Origin: Escherichia phage MIZ4
Direction: 5' to 3' (one strand)
DNA length: 64,000 nt
Sequence record: OR167180
The position numbers were made by a program, and so were the translations under genes. The number at the start of each line of letters is the position of its first letter. Within the stretch, counting starts at the first letter, position 1. Under the pieces are notes generated by a model that was not told the DNA's origin, did no database searches, and saw only the letters and a list, made by a program, of their open reading frames with translations. This document shows, one piece after another, positions 1 through 8,721 of this stretch.

Positions 1-53
1 GGTTGGCGCGGTTCCGCTCAATGCGGTAATTGATTTTGGTACTTTCTAATATT

Positions 54-78
54 AGCGGGGATTCTCCCCGCTTTTCTA
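54..78 (+). terminator. Rho-independent terminator-like hairpin (GCGGGGA..TCCCCGC) followed by T-run, upstream of gene 37
   Basis: Inverted repeat gcgggga/tccccgc then ttttct read directly in sequence; sits before the gp37 start. Confidence 0.5.
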
Positions 79-117
79 AATAATATTATTCTAATAACCG
101 TTTAAGGATTTTATAAA

Positions 118-2886
118 ATGGCAGATTTAAACAGAATCCAGTTTAAACGCACTAGCGCAGCCGGACGTAAACCGGATGCTGGTACGATGAATCCGGGAGA
201 GTTGGCAATTAACTTAGCAGACCAATATCTGCTTACAAAAAATGATGGTGGGCAAATTGTTAATTTAAGTTGCCCACCAGTTTATGACAAGAGCGTTAAT
301 GTAAAAGGTCGTGTGGTTGCAGATGACCTTATGTGGAGTAATACCGCAAACTATTTCGATGACCCAACCGCACGAAATCTTGATAAATTTGGGGCATTTC
401 GTACTAATGATATGGATGGTCATCTAGCACTTGCTTTGCATATTCCCCATCCTAGCGGTATAAATCATGCTCGTGGGTTTGATTTTACTTATGGTTCTAA
501 CGTTGTTCCTACTGTAAAAACCTATGGTTATAACGCTGATGGTGTATTGGCATATTCATATCGCATGTATCACGAAGGTGATAAGCCTAGTCCGTCAGAA
601 TTAAATGTGTACAGCAAACAAGAAGTAGATCGGATGTTCCAGAAGACACTTGATTTTGGAATTGAGTCCGGTTGGTTTAAAATCGCTACAGTATATCTAC
701 CACAACAATATGGGCGTAGTGCTAAAATTAGATTGGTTGGTGGTAATGGTTATAATGTAGGACAGACCGGGCAAGCTAATATTATTGAATTGGTTCTGCG
801 TAGCGGGAATGGAAATCCGGTTGGTGTTGTGTTTAACGCTTATATGACCATCTGGTATATAGACCAGAAGTTTTGTGCTATTCCTACTGGTGGTGACTCT
901 TATGATATATACGGTAGCTATTCCGGTCATAGTGGATTTGTGTTGGCTGAATACCAGACTAGCCCTGATGTTAACCTGACTTTATATGATAAACCACAAT
1001 TTATAGGAAGTCAATTACCGGAAGCTGAAACAAAGTTCGATGCTTATACAATCACTTCATTTAGTAATTATCGCAACCGCGGGACATTAAATTTTGGTGC
1101 TAATTCTCAAGGCCAATATGACATTGAGCATTTGAACGAACAACCGACAAATGCTAAAAAGATGTTGCGTCGCTTCCGTAGTTGTGCTCCTGCCACTATC
1201 TGGCATGAGACAGTTGATGATAACTCATATCGTCTTGCTACTGGATACGAAGATACAAATCAGGAATTATTGCTTTCGGCTGTAACCGGGTTACATGTCA
1301 AGAGATTAACATTGGATGGCGGTGTTGGTAATGCCGGTATTGACATTCGTCGAGGACCAAACGAAGCAAGCCATTTTAATTTCATGGACTATCGCACTGG
1401 ACAAGATGTTCGTAATGGCTGGTTTGGCTTCGGTGATGGTCAGACCAAAGATTTTATTTGGTGGAACGATAACGGTCAAAACTCGATAAACCTGATTGAA
1501 GATGGTGAATTGCATATTACTGGAGGTAAAGGGCAGAAAATTGTAATGAATAGCGAAGTTGCATTATCCGAAAATGCTCGTTTGGCTGTCAAAGGCGGTA
1601 ACTATGGTTTGATTTTACGCAATGATGGTTCTGGTTTCCATATTCTTACTACCAACTTAAAAGATTCTTTTGGTAGTTGGAATAATCGCAGACCATTCAG
1701 TTATGATTTTGCGGACGGTGGATTATATTTAGGTGGTACTGAAACCGCTCGTTGTTTGCATCTTGGAATTGATGGTAGCACTCGTCTTGAAGACAACCTG
1801 TTCTTTAAAGCTGGTTCTCGTCAATCTATGGACTATATGGAACTCGTCCATTGGGGGGCAAGCAATACAGGTCGAAATAACGTTTTAAGTCTTCGTGACT
1901 CAAAAGGATTTTTAGCAGAATTTGAACGATTGGGTGATAATACCATTAAAAACACCTTCTTCGGGAAACTGAAAGTTAATCGTGGTTCTGACGCTATTAC
2001 CATTAATGCCGAAACGGGAGATTCGTCGGTATATTTGTTGGGTACGTGTGCCGATAATAACAACTGGTATATCGGTAAAGGTGGTGCGGATAATGGATTA
2101 GCGTTCTATAGTTATGCTACTAATGCTGCTGTAAACATTACAAACGGAGGGGATATCGCACTAAGTCCAAAAGGCATCGAAATGACTCATGTCAATAACG
2201 TTCGATTCTATGTTCATGGTGAACGTTGGACTGCTAGCCAATCTGGAGGTTGGAACGACCAATGGGGATTAGAAGCGCCGATATTTGTTGACCACGGCTA
2301 TGTTGGACCAGACAGTTATTATCCGATTATCAAAGGAAGAAGTTTAATCACCAATCAAGGATATACAACTGCCGTTGATCTTGGTATTCGTCGTGTCCCT
2401 AACAATTGGGGGCAAGCAATTATTCGTGTTGGATCTGCGGAGGCATCGCCAGCGGCTGGTCACCCTCAAGCTGTATTCGAGTTCCATCATGATGGTACTT
2501 TCTATTCTCCTGGTAATGGTAACTTTAACGATGTTTATATTCGTTCTGATGATCGTCTTAAGATTAATAAAGAAGAGTTAGAATATGGAGCACTTGAAAA
2601 AGTATGCCGTCTGAAAGTTTATACTTACGATAAAGTTAAGTCTATTAAAGACCGTAGTGTTATTAAACGTGAAGCTGGTATTATTGCTCAGGATCTTGAA
2701 AAAGAACTACCGGAAGCTGTATCTAAAGTTGAAGTTGATGGATCTGATGTTCTGACAATTTCTAACTCGGCAGTGAATGCTCTTTTAATTAAGGCTATTC
2801 AGGAAATGAGTGAAGAAATTAAAGAATTGAAAACTCCTTTCTTTACTAAAATTGCTCGCAAAATTAGTAAATATTTTAAATTCTAA
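118..2886 (+). CDS. 37: Long tail fiber distal subunit gp37 with C-terminal intramolecular chaperone-like (S74-type) segment
   Basis: N-terminus MADLNRIQFKRTSAAGRKPD..GELAINL matches the conserved gp37 N-terminus (T4 MATLKQIQFKRSK..GELAINL); 922 aa; C-terminal ~110 aa SDDRLK..AIQEMSEEIKELK resembles auto-cleaving chaperone domains; AAGGA SD before ATG. Confidence 0.9.
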   Translation: MADLNRIQFKRTSAAGRKPDAGTMNPGELAINLADQYLLTKNDGGQIVNLSCPPVYDKSVNVKGRVVADDLMWSNTANYFDDPTARNLDKFGAFRTNDMDGHLALALHIPHPSGINHARGFDFTYGSNVVPTVKTYGYNADGVLAYSYRMYHEGDKPSPSELNVYSKQEVDRMFQKTLDFGIESGWFKIATVYLPQQYGRSAKIRLVGGNGYNVGQTGQANIIELVLRSGNGNPVGVVFNAYMTIWYIDQKFCAIPTGGDSYDIYGSYSGHSGFVLAEYQTSPDVNLTLYDKPQFIGSQLPEAETKFDAYTITSFSNYRNRGTLNFGANSQGQYDIEHLNEQPTNAKKMLRRFRSCAPATIWHETVDDNSYRLATGYEDTNQELLLSAVTGLHVKRLTLDGGVGNAGIDIRRGPNEASHFNFMDYRTGQDVRNGWFGFGDGQTKDFIWWNDNGQNSINLIEDGELHITGGKGQKIVMNSEVALSENARLAVKGGNYGLILRNDGSGFHILTTNLKDSFGSWNNRRPFSYDFADGGLYLGGTETARCLHLGIDGSTRLEDNLFFKAGSRQSMDYMELVHWGASNTGRNNVLSLRDSKGFLAEFERLGDNTIKNTFFGKLKVNRGSDAITINAETGDSSVYLLGTCADNNNWYIGKGGADNGLAFYSYATNAAVNITNGGDIALSPKGIEMTHVNNVRFYVHGERWTASQSGGWNDQWGLEAPIFVDHGYVGPDSYYPIIKGRSLITNQGYTTAVDLGIRRVPNNWGQAIIRVGSAEASPAAGHPQAVFEFHHDGTFYSPGNGNFNDVYIRSDDRLKINKEELEYGALEKVCRLKVYTYDKVKSIKDRSVIKREAGIIAQDLEKELPEAVSKVEVDGSDVLTISNSAVNALLIKAIQEMSEEIKELKTPFFTKIARKISKYFKF

Positions 2887-2890
2887 CAAC

Positions 2891-2910
2891 AAGGGGGCAA
2901 CGCCCCCTTT
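2891..2910 (+). other. GC-rich stem-loop in the 37-38 intercistronic region
   Basis: aaggggg-caacg-ccccctt inverted repeat immediately before the gp38 SD. Confidence 0.4.
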
Positions 2911-2922
2911 GGAGTATAAATT

Positions 2923-3705
2923 ATGGCAGTAGTTGGTGTTCCTGGTTGGATTGGAAGTTCAGCCGCAAATGAAACAGGGCAACGATGGATGAGTCAAGCG
3001 GCTGGTCAACTAAGATTGGGTGTTCCTTGCTGGATGAGTCAATTTTCAGGTCGCTCGCGAGAAATTATTCATACACTTGGTGCAGACCATAACTTCAATG
3101 GTCAGTGGTTCCGTGATAGATGCTTTGAGGCAGGTAGTACACCTATAGTGTTTAATATTACAGGTGATTTAGTATCATATTCTAAAGATGTTCCTTTATT
3201 CTTCATGTACGGGGATACACCAAATGAATATGTTCAGTTGAATATACATGGCGTAACGATGTATGGTCGTGGCGGGAATGGCGGTAGCAATGGTCCTGGA
3301 TCAGCCGGGGGGCATTGTATTCAAAATGATATTGGTGGGAGGCTAAGAATTAATAATGGCGGTGCTATCGCTGGCGGCGGTGGCGGTGGCGGTGGCGGGT
3401 ATTATTCTCCTTTTTCACAAATGAGATTAACCTTTGGCGGTGGCGGTGGGCGTCCGTTTGGTGCGCCCGGCGGATCTATTGATATGCAATCAGGCGCAAC
3501 TGCTGGTACTCTTTATGCGCCCGGATCGGGGTCCGTGAACGGTATCTATAATGGCGGAAGCGGTGGTGAGGTAGGCGCCGCAGGAGGTAGATGTAATATT
3601 CGTGGTCAAGGATCTGAATATAATGGCGGCGATTCTGGATATGCTGTTATAGGGTCTTCTCCAACGTGGCAAAATCGCGGAGCTATTTACGGACCGGCTG
3701 TTTAG
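2923..3705 (+). CDS. 38: Long tail fiber tip adhesin gp38 (T2/T6-type with glycine-rich motifs)
   Basis: 260 aa; conserved N-terminal gp37-binding region [13 protein letters not shown]..; multiple poly-Gly motifs ([24 protein letters not shown]) separating short variable segments; located directly after gene 37. Confidence 0.85.
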   Translation: MAVVGVPGWIGSSAANETGQRWMSQAAGQLRLGVPCWMSQFSGRSREIIHTLGADHNFNGQWFRDRCFEAGSTPIVFNITGDLVSYSKDVPLFFMYGDTPNEYVQLNIHGVTMYGRGGNGGSNGPGSAGGHCIQNDIGGRLRINNGGAIAGGGGGGGGGYYSPFSQMRLTFGGGGGRPFGAPGGSIDMQSGATAGTLYAPGSGSVNGIYNGGSGGEVGAAGGRCNIRGQGSEYNGGDSGYAVIGSSPTWQNRGAIYGPAV

Positions 3706-3769
3706 ATGTAATTATAAAAAGAATTAAGGAAAACTCCCACGGAAGGGGAACTACTAAGGAGAAACGGCT

Positions 3770-4009
3770 ATGGTCTATAATATCGTCATTGGTGCTTTGT
3801 CTAATTTCGGAATGAAACTATTGTCAAAGTTAATTAGTGAAAAGATGCTCACTAAAATTTTCTTCTATTGCGCTCGTCGTCTTGCGGCTTATACCAATAC
3901 GCCAATTGATGATCGTTTTGTGGAAGAACTTTATAAGGAGTTTAATAAAGATCAGTCAGAAGATAGTAACGAGCAAGATAAACCTAGTGATAGTCAAGTA
4001 CCTAAATAA
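3770..4009 (+). CDS. Hypothetical small protein (hydrophobic N-terminus, acidic C-terminus)
   Basis: 79-aa ORF with strong SD (AAGGAG) 7 nt upstream; same strand as 38 and t. Confidence 0.45.
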   Translation: MVYNIVIGALSNFGMKLLSKLISEKMLTKIFFYCARRLAAYTNTPIDDRFVEELYKEFNKDQSEDSNEQDKPSDSQVPK

Positions 4010-4042
4010 GAGTACACTGTCATAGTTATCTTAGGGCATTAT

Positions 4043-4699
4043 ATGCAAGTTTCTGAAAAAGGGAAAGACTTTGCTATCTCAAATGTCCTGCGCGCTATTT
4101 TCACAACTAAAAGCACGGAGTTGCTCGTACTTCGTGTTTTTGCTGCCGTCGTGTTGTCCATATTAGCATTTGTCGTTTATAGTAAAAACGAGTTATTTGC
4201 GCTTTATAAAGAGACTCGTTATGAGACTTATGCTCACGTTCTCCAGGTAGAGAAAGACCGCAATTTTGATAATGCAGCACAGGAGCAGTTACAGATAGTT
4301 CATGTGTCGGCTGATGCCGATTTTTCTGCTGTTTTTAGTTTTCGTCCGAAAAACCTAAACTATTTTGTTGATTTGGTGGCATATGAAGGAAAGTTACCGC
4401 ATACAATCGATGAAAAAAATTTAGGCGGATTCCCTATCAATAAAACGAGTGAAGAATATCGTAGGCATCTTTTAGGTAAATCCTATTTTACCGATAAAGA
4501 TTTCCAGTATATTCCATCAAGAGAAAAGAAATTAGAGAGTATCGATATAGGGGTTATGTATTCTTGTCCTATATTCAATCTCGACAATGTCTATTCTGGT
4601 AGTATCTCCATTGCATGGAAGAATAAACCGGATATTGACATTGAGAATTTAGATACTCTTTGCAATCAATCTGCCAGAATCCTCGGAAGGATTAGATAA
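4043..4699 (+). CDS. t: Holin (lysis protein T)
   Basis: 218 aa, same length as T4 holin T; shared blocks ..ETYAHVL..EQLQIVHVSADADFSAVFSFRPKNLNYFVDLVAYEGKLP..MYSCPIFNLDNVY..ARILGR; N-terminal TM segment; position after 38. Confidence 0.9.
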   Translation: MQVSEKGKDFAISNVLRAIFTTKSTELLVLRVFAAVVLSILAFVVYSKNELFALYKETRYETYAHVLQVEKDRNFDNAAQEQLQIVHVSADADFSAVFSFRPKNLNYFVDLVAYEGKLPHTIDEKNLGGFPINKTSEEYRRHLLGKSYFTDKDFQYIPSREKKLESIDIGVMYSCPIFNLDNVYSGSISIAWKNKPDIDIENLDTLCNQSARILGRIR

Positions 4700-4703
4700 C
4701 TTA

Positions 4704-4737
4704 AAGGGGAAGCCTTTCGGCCTCCCCTTCTTTTTTA
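4704..4737. terminator. Bidirectional terminator hairpin at convergent junction (t vs leftward genes)
   Basis: aaggggaagcc-tttc-ggcctcccctt imperfect inverted repeat followed by tttttt. Confidence 0.5.
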
Positions 4738-4983
4738 TTGGCGCATAGAAGCCCCTGAATCACATTTTGACGCTGTATGATGAAAACATGTAGCGTACCA
4801 GTCATCGGCTTGTTTGTCTTCGTCAGAGAACGCATAATTTCGTTGTATACCGTTTTCTACTTTGACCAGTGCAATAGCTGTTTCTGGAAGATCAATCAAT
4901 CGGACAAAATCACCATCTTCCCACTCTACACGAGCAATATCATAACCCATCTCAAAATATACAATCGCTTGTTCTAATTTCAT
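4735..4983 (-). CDS. Hypothetical protein (82 aa)
   Basis: ORF in leftward gene array; no recognisable domain. Confidence 0.4.
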   Translation of the reverse strand: MKLEQAIVYFEMGYDIARVEWEDGDFVRLIDLPETAIALVKVENGIQRNYAFSDEDKQADDWYATCFHHTASKCDSGASMRQ

Positions 4984-5312
4984 TCTGGAAACTTCCCGTA
5001 AATGTTCTCTGCCAACATACGCGCATCGCTAATGATATCTTTCATGCTATGACCGTAGTGTTCAGTCATTGAGTTGACACAATCAACAAAGAAATTATAA
5101 CGGCGACGGTTTAAGATTTCTTCTCTGTTATAGTTTTCATACTTGACGGTCGAGTGTGCTTTCTCGATTGCCTTAATCGCTATATTGACTTCATTAATAA
5201 TGGTTTTAGCATTATATGCGCCACGACGGATCAGGATATTTGTCAATTCTCTTGCAATATCTTGCAATTCTTCATATTCATGTTCAAACATAATCAACCT
5301 CTCAAAATACAA
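4980..5312 (-). CDS. Hypothetical protein (110 aa)
   Basis: ORF with 4-nt overlap to neighbour (translational coupling pattern). Confidence 0.5.
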   Translation of the reverse strand: MYFERLIMFEHEYEELQDIARELTNILIRRGAYNAKTIINEVNIAIKAIEKAHSTVKYENYNREEILNRRRYNFFVDCVNSMTEHYGHSMKDIISDARMLAENIYGKFPE

Positions 5313-5315
5313 TCC

Positions 5316-5660
5316 TTACAGATGAAAACCCGTTACGATCACCGCATCGATCATACCGCTAGGGATAAACGGTTCACCCTCTTTTATCTCAACTTTGAAT
5401 TGATGCCATTTCGCTAATACTTCTTCCGGTACACCCAGCGATTCGGCGTCTGCTTTAGTTTCATCCATAATCCAGCTAGGCTGCATGAGAGCATAGTTTA
5501 CATAGTCCATTTCTGGGGTCATGTCATCAATGTTAATATATTTGCAGTTGACGCGTTTCAGAATTTCAAATTCTTTATCATCAACCTGTACCATGTACAA
5601 TTCGGTAGTTTCTGGAATCAGTTCCCATACAATCAGTACATTTTTCATAATTAGCCTCAC
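5316..5660 (-). CDS. Hypothetical protein (114 aa)
   Basis: ORF in tight leftward array. Confidence 0.5.
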   Translation of the reverse strand: MRLIMKNVLIVWELIPETTELYMVQVDDKEFEILKRVNCKYINIDDMTPEMDYVNYALMQPSWIMDETKADAESLGVPEEVLAKWHQFKVEIKEGEPFIPSGMIDAVIVTGFHL

Positions 5661-6025
5661 TTAACAAAGATTTTCTTTAATGCTTTCAGGATAGTTGCTT
5701 CCGGTGATTCTTCCGGTGGAGGAAGCAATTCTACCACTTCCTCTTCCAACTCGATATAGTCTACCAGATATTCTACATAGAATGCAAGTGCTTCCATGAA
5801 ATTAGATGCTACATCCGATTCACCACAAGCGCCTACATGCATTGTATAAACATCACTGCGATCAAGTTTGTGGATGCTTCCCAGATAGTTTCGGTTATAC
5901 CAGACTTCCCACACTTTCAGCTTTCCGGTTTTGGTTGCTGTTTTATAATCGGTTTCGTAATGATGCAATTGACGTTGCAAATCATTGATAATAACACATT
6001 TTTCGTAATTGTTTTGAATTTCCAT
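5657..6025 (-). CDS. Hypothetical protein (122 aa)
   Basis: ORF in tight leftward array; start overlaps upstream stop. Confidence 0.5.
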   Translation of the reverse strand: MEIQNNYEKCVIINDLQRQLHHYETDYKTATKTGKLKVWEVWYNRNYLGSIHKLDRSDVYTMHVGACGESDVASNFMEALAFYVEYLVDYIELEEEVVELLPPPEESPEATILKALKKIFVK

Positions 6026-6035
6026 GATGTAATCC

Positions 6036-6227
6036 TCACTTATCGTTAAGAAGTTCTAAAACTTTCTGTCGTACTTTGTCAATATTAGTTGATTCAAAAA
6101 CTGTACGGTATCCCCAGCTTTGACCGTATGATCGCGAGCAATCCCCATATCCCCATTGTTCAACCTGATAGTATTCAAGGAATGGGTGCTGCCGAACTAT
6201 GATACCATCGCGATTAAAAATTACCAT
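6036..6227 (-). CDS. Hypothetical protein (63 aa)
   Basis: Short ORF in array. Confidence 0.35.
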   Translation of the reverse strand: MVIFNRDGIIVRQHPFLEYYQVEQWGYGDCSRSYGQSWGYRTVFESTNIDKVRQKVLELLNDK

Positions 6228-6250
6228 AATATAATCCTCACGTCAACAAC

Positions 6251-6538
6251 TTATTTTCGGTTGTGGTCACGATATGTTTTAAAATATCCCTCGTACCACG
6301 GTAAAACATCTGGATTTTTACCACTATACAGACCTTTAACCATCATGTCAATAAGGCCATCTGGTGTTTGATAGTTTCCAGCTTTTATAAGCTCTCTGAT
6401 TAAAATCTCTCTGTATATGTCTTTCGGATCTTCGTAATCAACTTGTATTGTGGTTGTGGTCTCATTCAATTTGGTTTCTGGAGTATCTCGCATTGCATCC
6501 CACCAATCTTTTGTGATCTTCATGTTATTGAATTGCAT
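6251..6538 (-). CDS. Hypothetical protein (95 aa)
   Basis: ORF in array. Confidence 0.45.
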   Translation of the reverse strand: MQFNNMKITKDWWDAMRDTPETKLNETTTTIQVDYEDPKDIYREILIRELIKAGNYQTPDGLIDMMVKGLYSGKNPDVLPWYEGYFKTYRDHNRK

Positions 6539-6549
6539 AATTTAACCTC

Positions 6550-7308
6550 TTACTTGCACACGTATTGATCTACATCAATTGCGCCACCGAATGTAGGATG
6601 ACGTTTTTCAAATCGAATCGTTCCGTCGTTTGGTTCGAAAACGGAGTATTCATATAGATCTTTCTTGCCAACATTCTTATAAAACCCGCCTTTAGTCATA
6701 ACGGTTTCTTGTACGTTTGCTTTGTGTACGTTGTATTCGTCAATGTATACAAAATCAACCATCTTCCCATTTTTAATGGTTACTTTAAGATCTCCTGGTT
6801 GGTTTCCATATTTTGCATACAGTGGAGCTTCTTTAATTTTGGTGGAAATTCCATCTTTCATACTCCACTCATAACGAACGGTGCATTGATAGGTAAAAGT
6901 TTCGACCTTCGGTTCTTCCACCACTTTTTCTTCCTGTTTCGGTTGTTCTTCTTCAACCTTCGCAGAAGTCTCTGAATCGCTTTCTGACGCGGTTTCTTCT
7001 TTAGGTAATACATTCATCAAGTTTTGGATTTGAGCGTTGTATACAGCCTCCAGTGGCTGAATCTGCCCGATATTGATCATTGTATCACGAACAGTTTTAT
7101 TCCAGTTGCGTTGCTCTTGTTTAAGAGACGGATCAATCTTAACAGCCTTAACATATACTTCATGAAGTTTCGAATCCAGTGCGGAGATTGACTCATTAGC
7201 ACAAATAAACTTCTCTGATTTGGTAGTGGCTTTAGCGCAATCAAAGGACGCAGCATTAGCACCGAAAGCAGTAGCGGAAAGAACGATAGCAGCGATAATG
7301 TTTTTCAT
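6550..7308 (-). CDS. Secreted protein with N-terminal DUF1311/LprI-like (lysozyme-inhibitor-like) domain
   Basis: Signal peptide MKNIIAAIVLSATAFGANA; Cys-framed motif FDCAKATTKSEKFICANESISALDSKLHEVY..QRNWNKTVRD typical of DUF1311; acidic/Lys-rich linker; own promoter upstream. Confidence 0.6.
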   Translation of the reverse strand: MKNIIAAIVLSATAFGANAASFDCAKATTKSEKFICANESISALDSKLHEVYVKAVKIDPSLKQEQRNWNKTVRDTMINIGQIQPLEAVYNAQIQNLMNVLPKEETASESDSETSAKVEEEQPKQEEKVVEEPKVETFTYQCTVRYEWSMKDGISTKIKEAPLYAKYGNQPGDLKVTIKNGKMVDFVYIDEYNVHKANVQETVMTKGGFYKNVGKKDLYEYSVFEPNDGTIRFEKRHPTFGGAIDVDQYVCK

Positions 7309-7342
7309 AATATATTCCTCAATGTTTTGTCTTGATGGGAGT

Positions 7343-7372
7343 ATCTTACTACTCCCTTAATCCGGTGTCAAC
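7343..7372 (-). promoter_or_regulatory. Sigma70-like early promoter (TTGACA-18-TAAGAT) with GGGAGTA/TACTCCC palindrome around the -10
   Basis: Minus-strand read of 7372..7343; conserved upstream AAAAAGTAGTTGACA block. Confidence 0.55.
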
Positions 7373-7378
7373 TACTTT

Positions 7379-7591
7379 TTAATTTTTACCCGCTCGTGCA
7401 TTAATACGCATTTTCTGCATAGCCATGATCTGGTTTACTGCTTCTTCTTTACGTTCTTGCGTGATAACGTGACTAGATTCAGCAAACTCTCCCGCAACTT
7501 CTTCGACGATCTCGCGAACTTGAGAACGTCCAAAGATGCGGTTTCCTTCGTAGCTCATAAATTCAGTCACTACTTGCTCAATAGATTTCAT
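7379..7591 (-). CDS. Hypothetical small protein (70 aa)
   Basis: ORF with GGAGAA SD, preceded by promoter. Confidence 0.5.
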   Translation of the reverse strand: MKSIEQVVTEFMSYEGNRIFGRSQVREIVEEVAGEFAESSHVITQERKEEAVNQIMAMQKMRINARAGKN

Positions 7592-7624
7592 GTGATTCTC
7601 CTTCTTTCGTTTCGGTGTGGGAGT

Positions 7625-7653
7625 ATGTTAATACTCCCATTTCTTTACGTCAA
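7625..7653 (-). promoter_or_regulatory. Sigma70-like early promoter (TTGACG-17-TAACAT) with GGGAGTA palindrome
   Basis: Minus-strand motif; upstream AAAAACTGGTTGAC block. Confidence 0.45.
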
Positions 7654-7660
7654 CCAGTTT

Positions 7661-7903
7661 TTAGAAATTTTTCGCTTCTTCTTCGGTCATCATCACCGCG
7701 CATTCGTGCATAACTTTGAAAACCGGGTCAATCATATCGAATGCTTCGCGGGACAGTTTACGAGAAGCGATTTTGATTGCTTCAACGTCTTCTACTACAG
7801 GAACAAAAACAGTTTTCAGTTCGTCGAGCATGGCAGCTTCTTTTTCATTCAGGAAGATTCCAGCGTCGTACAATGCAACTTCGATAACATTAACTTTAAC
7901 CAT
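7661..7903 (-). CDS. Hypothetical small protein (80 aa; start moved to internal ATG with GGAGG SD)
   Basis: ORF-track start at 7966 would overlap the promoter; ATG at 7903 has AACTGGAGGAAATAAAA upstream. Confidence 0.5.
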   Translation of the reverse strand: MVKVNVIEVALYDAGIFLNEKEAAMLDELKTVFVPVVEDVEAIKIASRKLSREAFDMIDPVFKVMHECAVMMTEEEAKNF

Positions 7904-7937
7904 TTTTATTTCCTCCAGTTCGTTTCGGTATGGGAGT

Positions 7938-7966
7938 ATAATACTACCGATGACCTTTGGCGTCAA
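7938..7966 (-). promoter_or_regulatory. Sigma70-like early promoter (TTGACG-17-TATTAT)
   Basis: Minus-strand motif with GGGAGTA palindrome arm nearby. Confidence 0.5.
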
Positions 7967-8167
7967 CTAGTTTTTGTTATTTTCGTGAAAATTTTTAGTC
8001 GCCTCATGTGCTTTTCGCTGGGCTTCTTGTTGTGCTTGCTGGCGTGCTGCCTCTTGTGAAGCCATAACGGAAGCATTTGCAGCAGTTACAGCCGCTACCA
8101 TCGCTGCGGTATTAGCATTTACAGTACATGCACTAGCCAGCAAAGCAATTGCAATCATTTTCTTCAT
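7967..8167 (-). CDS. Small secreted/lipoprotein-like protein (66 aa)
   Basis: N-terminal signal MKKMIAIALLASAC with lipobox-like LASAC; Ala/Gln-rich body. Confidence 0.45.
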   Translation of the reverse strand: MKKMIAIALLASACTVNANTAAMVAAVTAANASVMASQEAARQQAQQEAQRKAHEATKNFHENNKN

Positions 8168-8334
8168 AGTTTCCCCTTTAGGTTATTTTCGACCTTCATC
8201 CATTCCGCGTATTCTTGTGCGGCTACTTTCGGATCTAGTCCGTCTTCGTACATTGCATCAAGTAATTCTTTGTCGGTGGGCTTATATCCTAGATAAGCCT
8301 CCACCCGATTTTTCCAAATTTTATACCAGTTCAT
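8164..8334 (-). CDS. Hypothetical small protein (start at internal ATG)
   Basis: Trimmed from ORF 8164..8403 to avoid overlap with upstream gene; start uncertain. Confidence 0.35.
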   Translation of the reverse strand: MNWYKIWKNRVEAYLGYKPTDKELLDAMYEDGLDPKVAAQEYAEWMKVENNLKGKL

Positions 8335-8338
8335 ATTA

Positions 8339-8611
8339 TCACCAATCAAGAGCGCGTGTCTCTGCGTCTTCCCATGCTTGATCCATAACAGCCTTGAAAA
8401 CATATTCTAAAGTATCATCTTTAGAGAATCCGAAGACCTTAGACGGGATATCTTCAATTGCTACTCCAGCAACTTCTGCATTACGCGCTTGGCAATAATG
8501 CAACTCTAAGTTATCGAGATAGCGACCGCCTAATTTCTCCATATCATCCCAGCATTTCCAGTAACCTACTTTATTTGCAATTGCTAACACTTTGCTGTTT
8601 TCGTTGCACAT
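8339..8611 (-). CDS. Hypothetical protein (start at internal ATG with AAGGAGAATCAAAG SD)
   Basis: ORF 8339..8674 trimmed to ATG preceded by strong SD; promoter upstream. Confidence 0.45.
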   Translation of the reverse strand: MCNENSKVLAIANKVGYWKCWDDMEKLGGRYLDNLELHYCQARNAEVAGVAIEDIPSKVFGFSKDDTLEYVFKAVMDQAWEDAETRALDW

Positions 8612-8642
8612 CTTTGATTCTCCTTTTGTTTGGTATGTGTGT

Positions 8643-8672
8643 ATTATGCGAGGCTGGATTCGTGAAGTCAAC
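8643..8672 (-). promoter_or_regulatory. Sigma70-like early promoter (TTGACT-18-CATAAT)
   Basis: Minus-strand motif immediately downstream of a terminator hairpin. Confidence 0.45.
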
Positions 8673-8676
8673 AACT

Positions 8677-8711
8677 TTTTAAAATAAAAAAGCCGACCAC
8701 AAGGATCGGCT
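8677..8711 (-). terminator. Rho-independent terminator-like hairpin after ORF 8722..9117
   Basis: agccgacc..ggatcggct inverted repeat followed on the minus strand by a T-run. Confidence 0.45.
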
Positions 8712-8721
8712 TAATAATCAG

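Noticed and set aside
697-930. Minus-strand ORFs inside gene 37 (697..930, 1306..1515, 1833..2063) and the plus-strand ORF 2375..2581
   Set aside because: Embedded within the gp37 reading frame region; no start signals; frame shadows.
2905-2922. TATAAAT at about 2913 as a T4-type late promoter for gene 38
   Set aside because: It overlaps the SD and lies only ~4 nt from the ATG, too close to serve as a -10 for this gene; probably coincidental.
3361-3470. GGC/GGT-rich tandem repeats (ggcggcggtggcggtggcggtggcggg) that could be taken for a simple-sequence repeat or CRISPR-like array
   Set aside because: They lie in frame inside gp38 and encode its glycine-rich motifs; no spacer/repeat architecture.
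7457-8059. 200-aa plus-strand ORF
   Set aside because: Antisense to three short minus-strand genes and two promoters; low-complexity hydrophobic translation; no SD; typical shadow ORF in AT-rich sequence.
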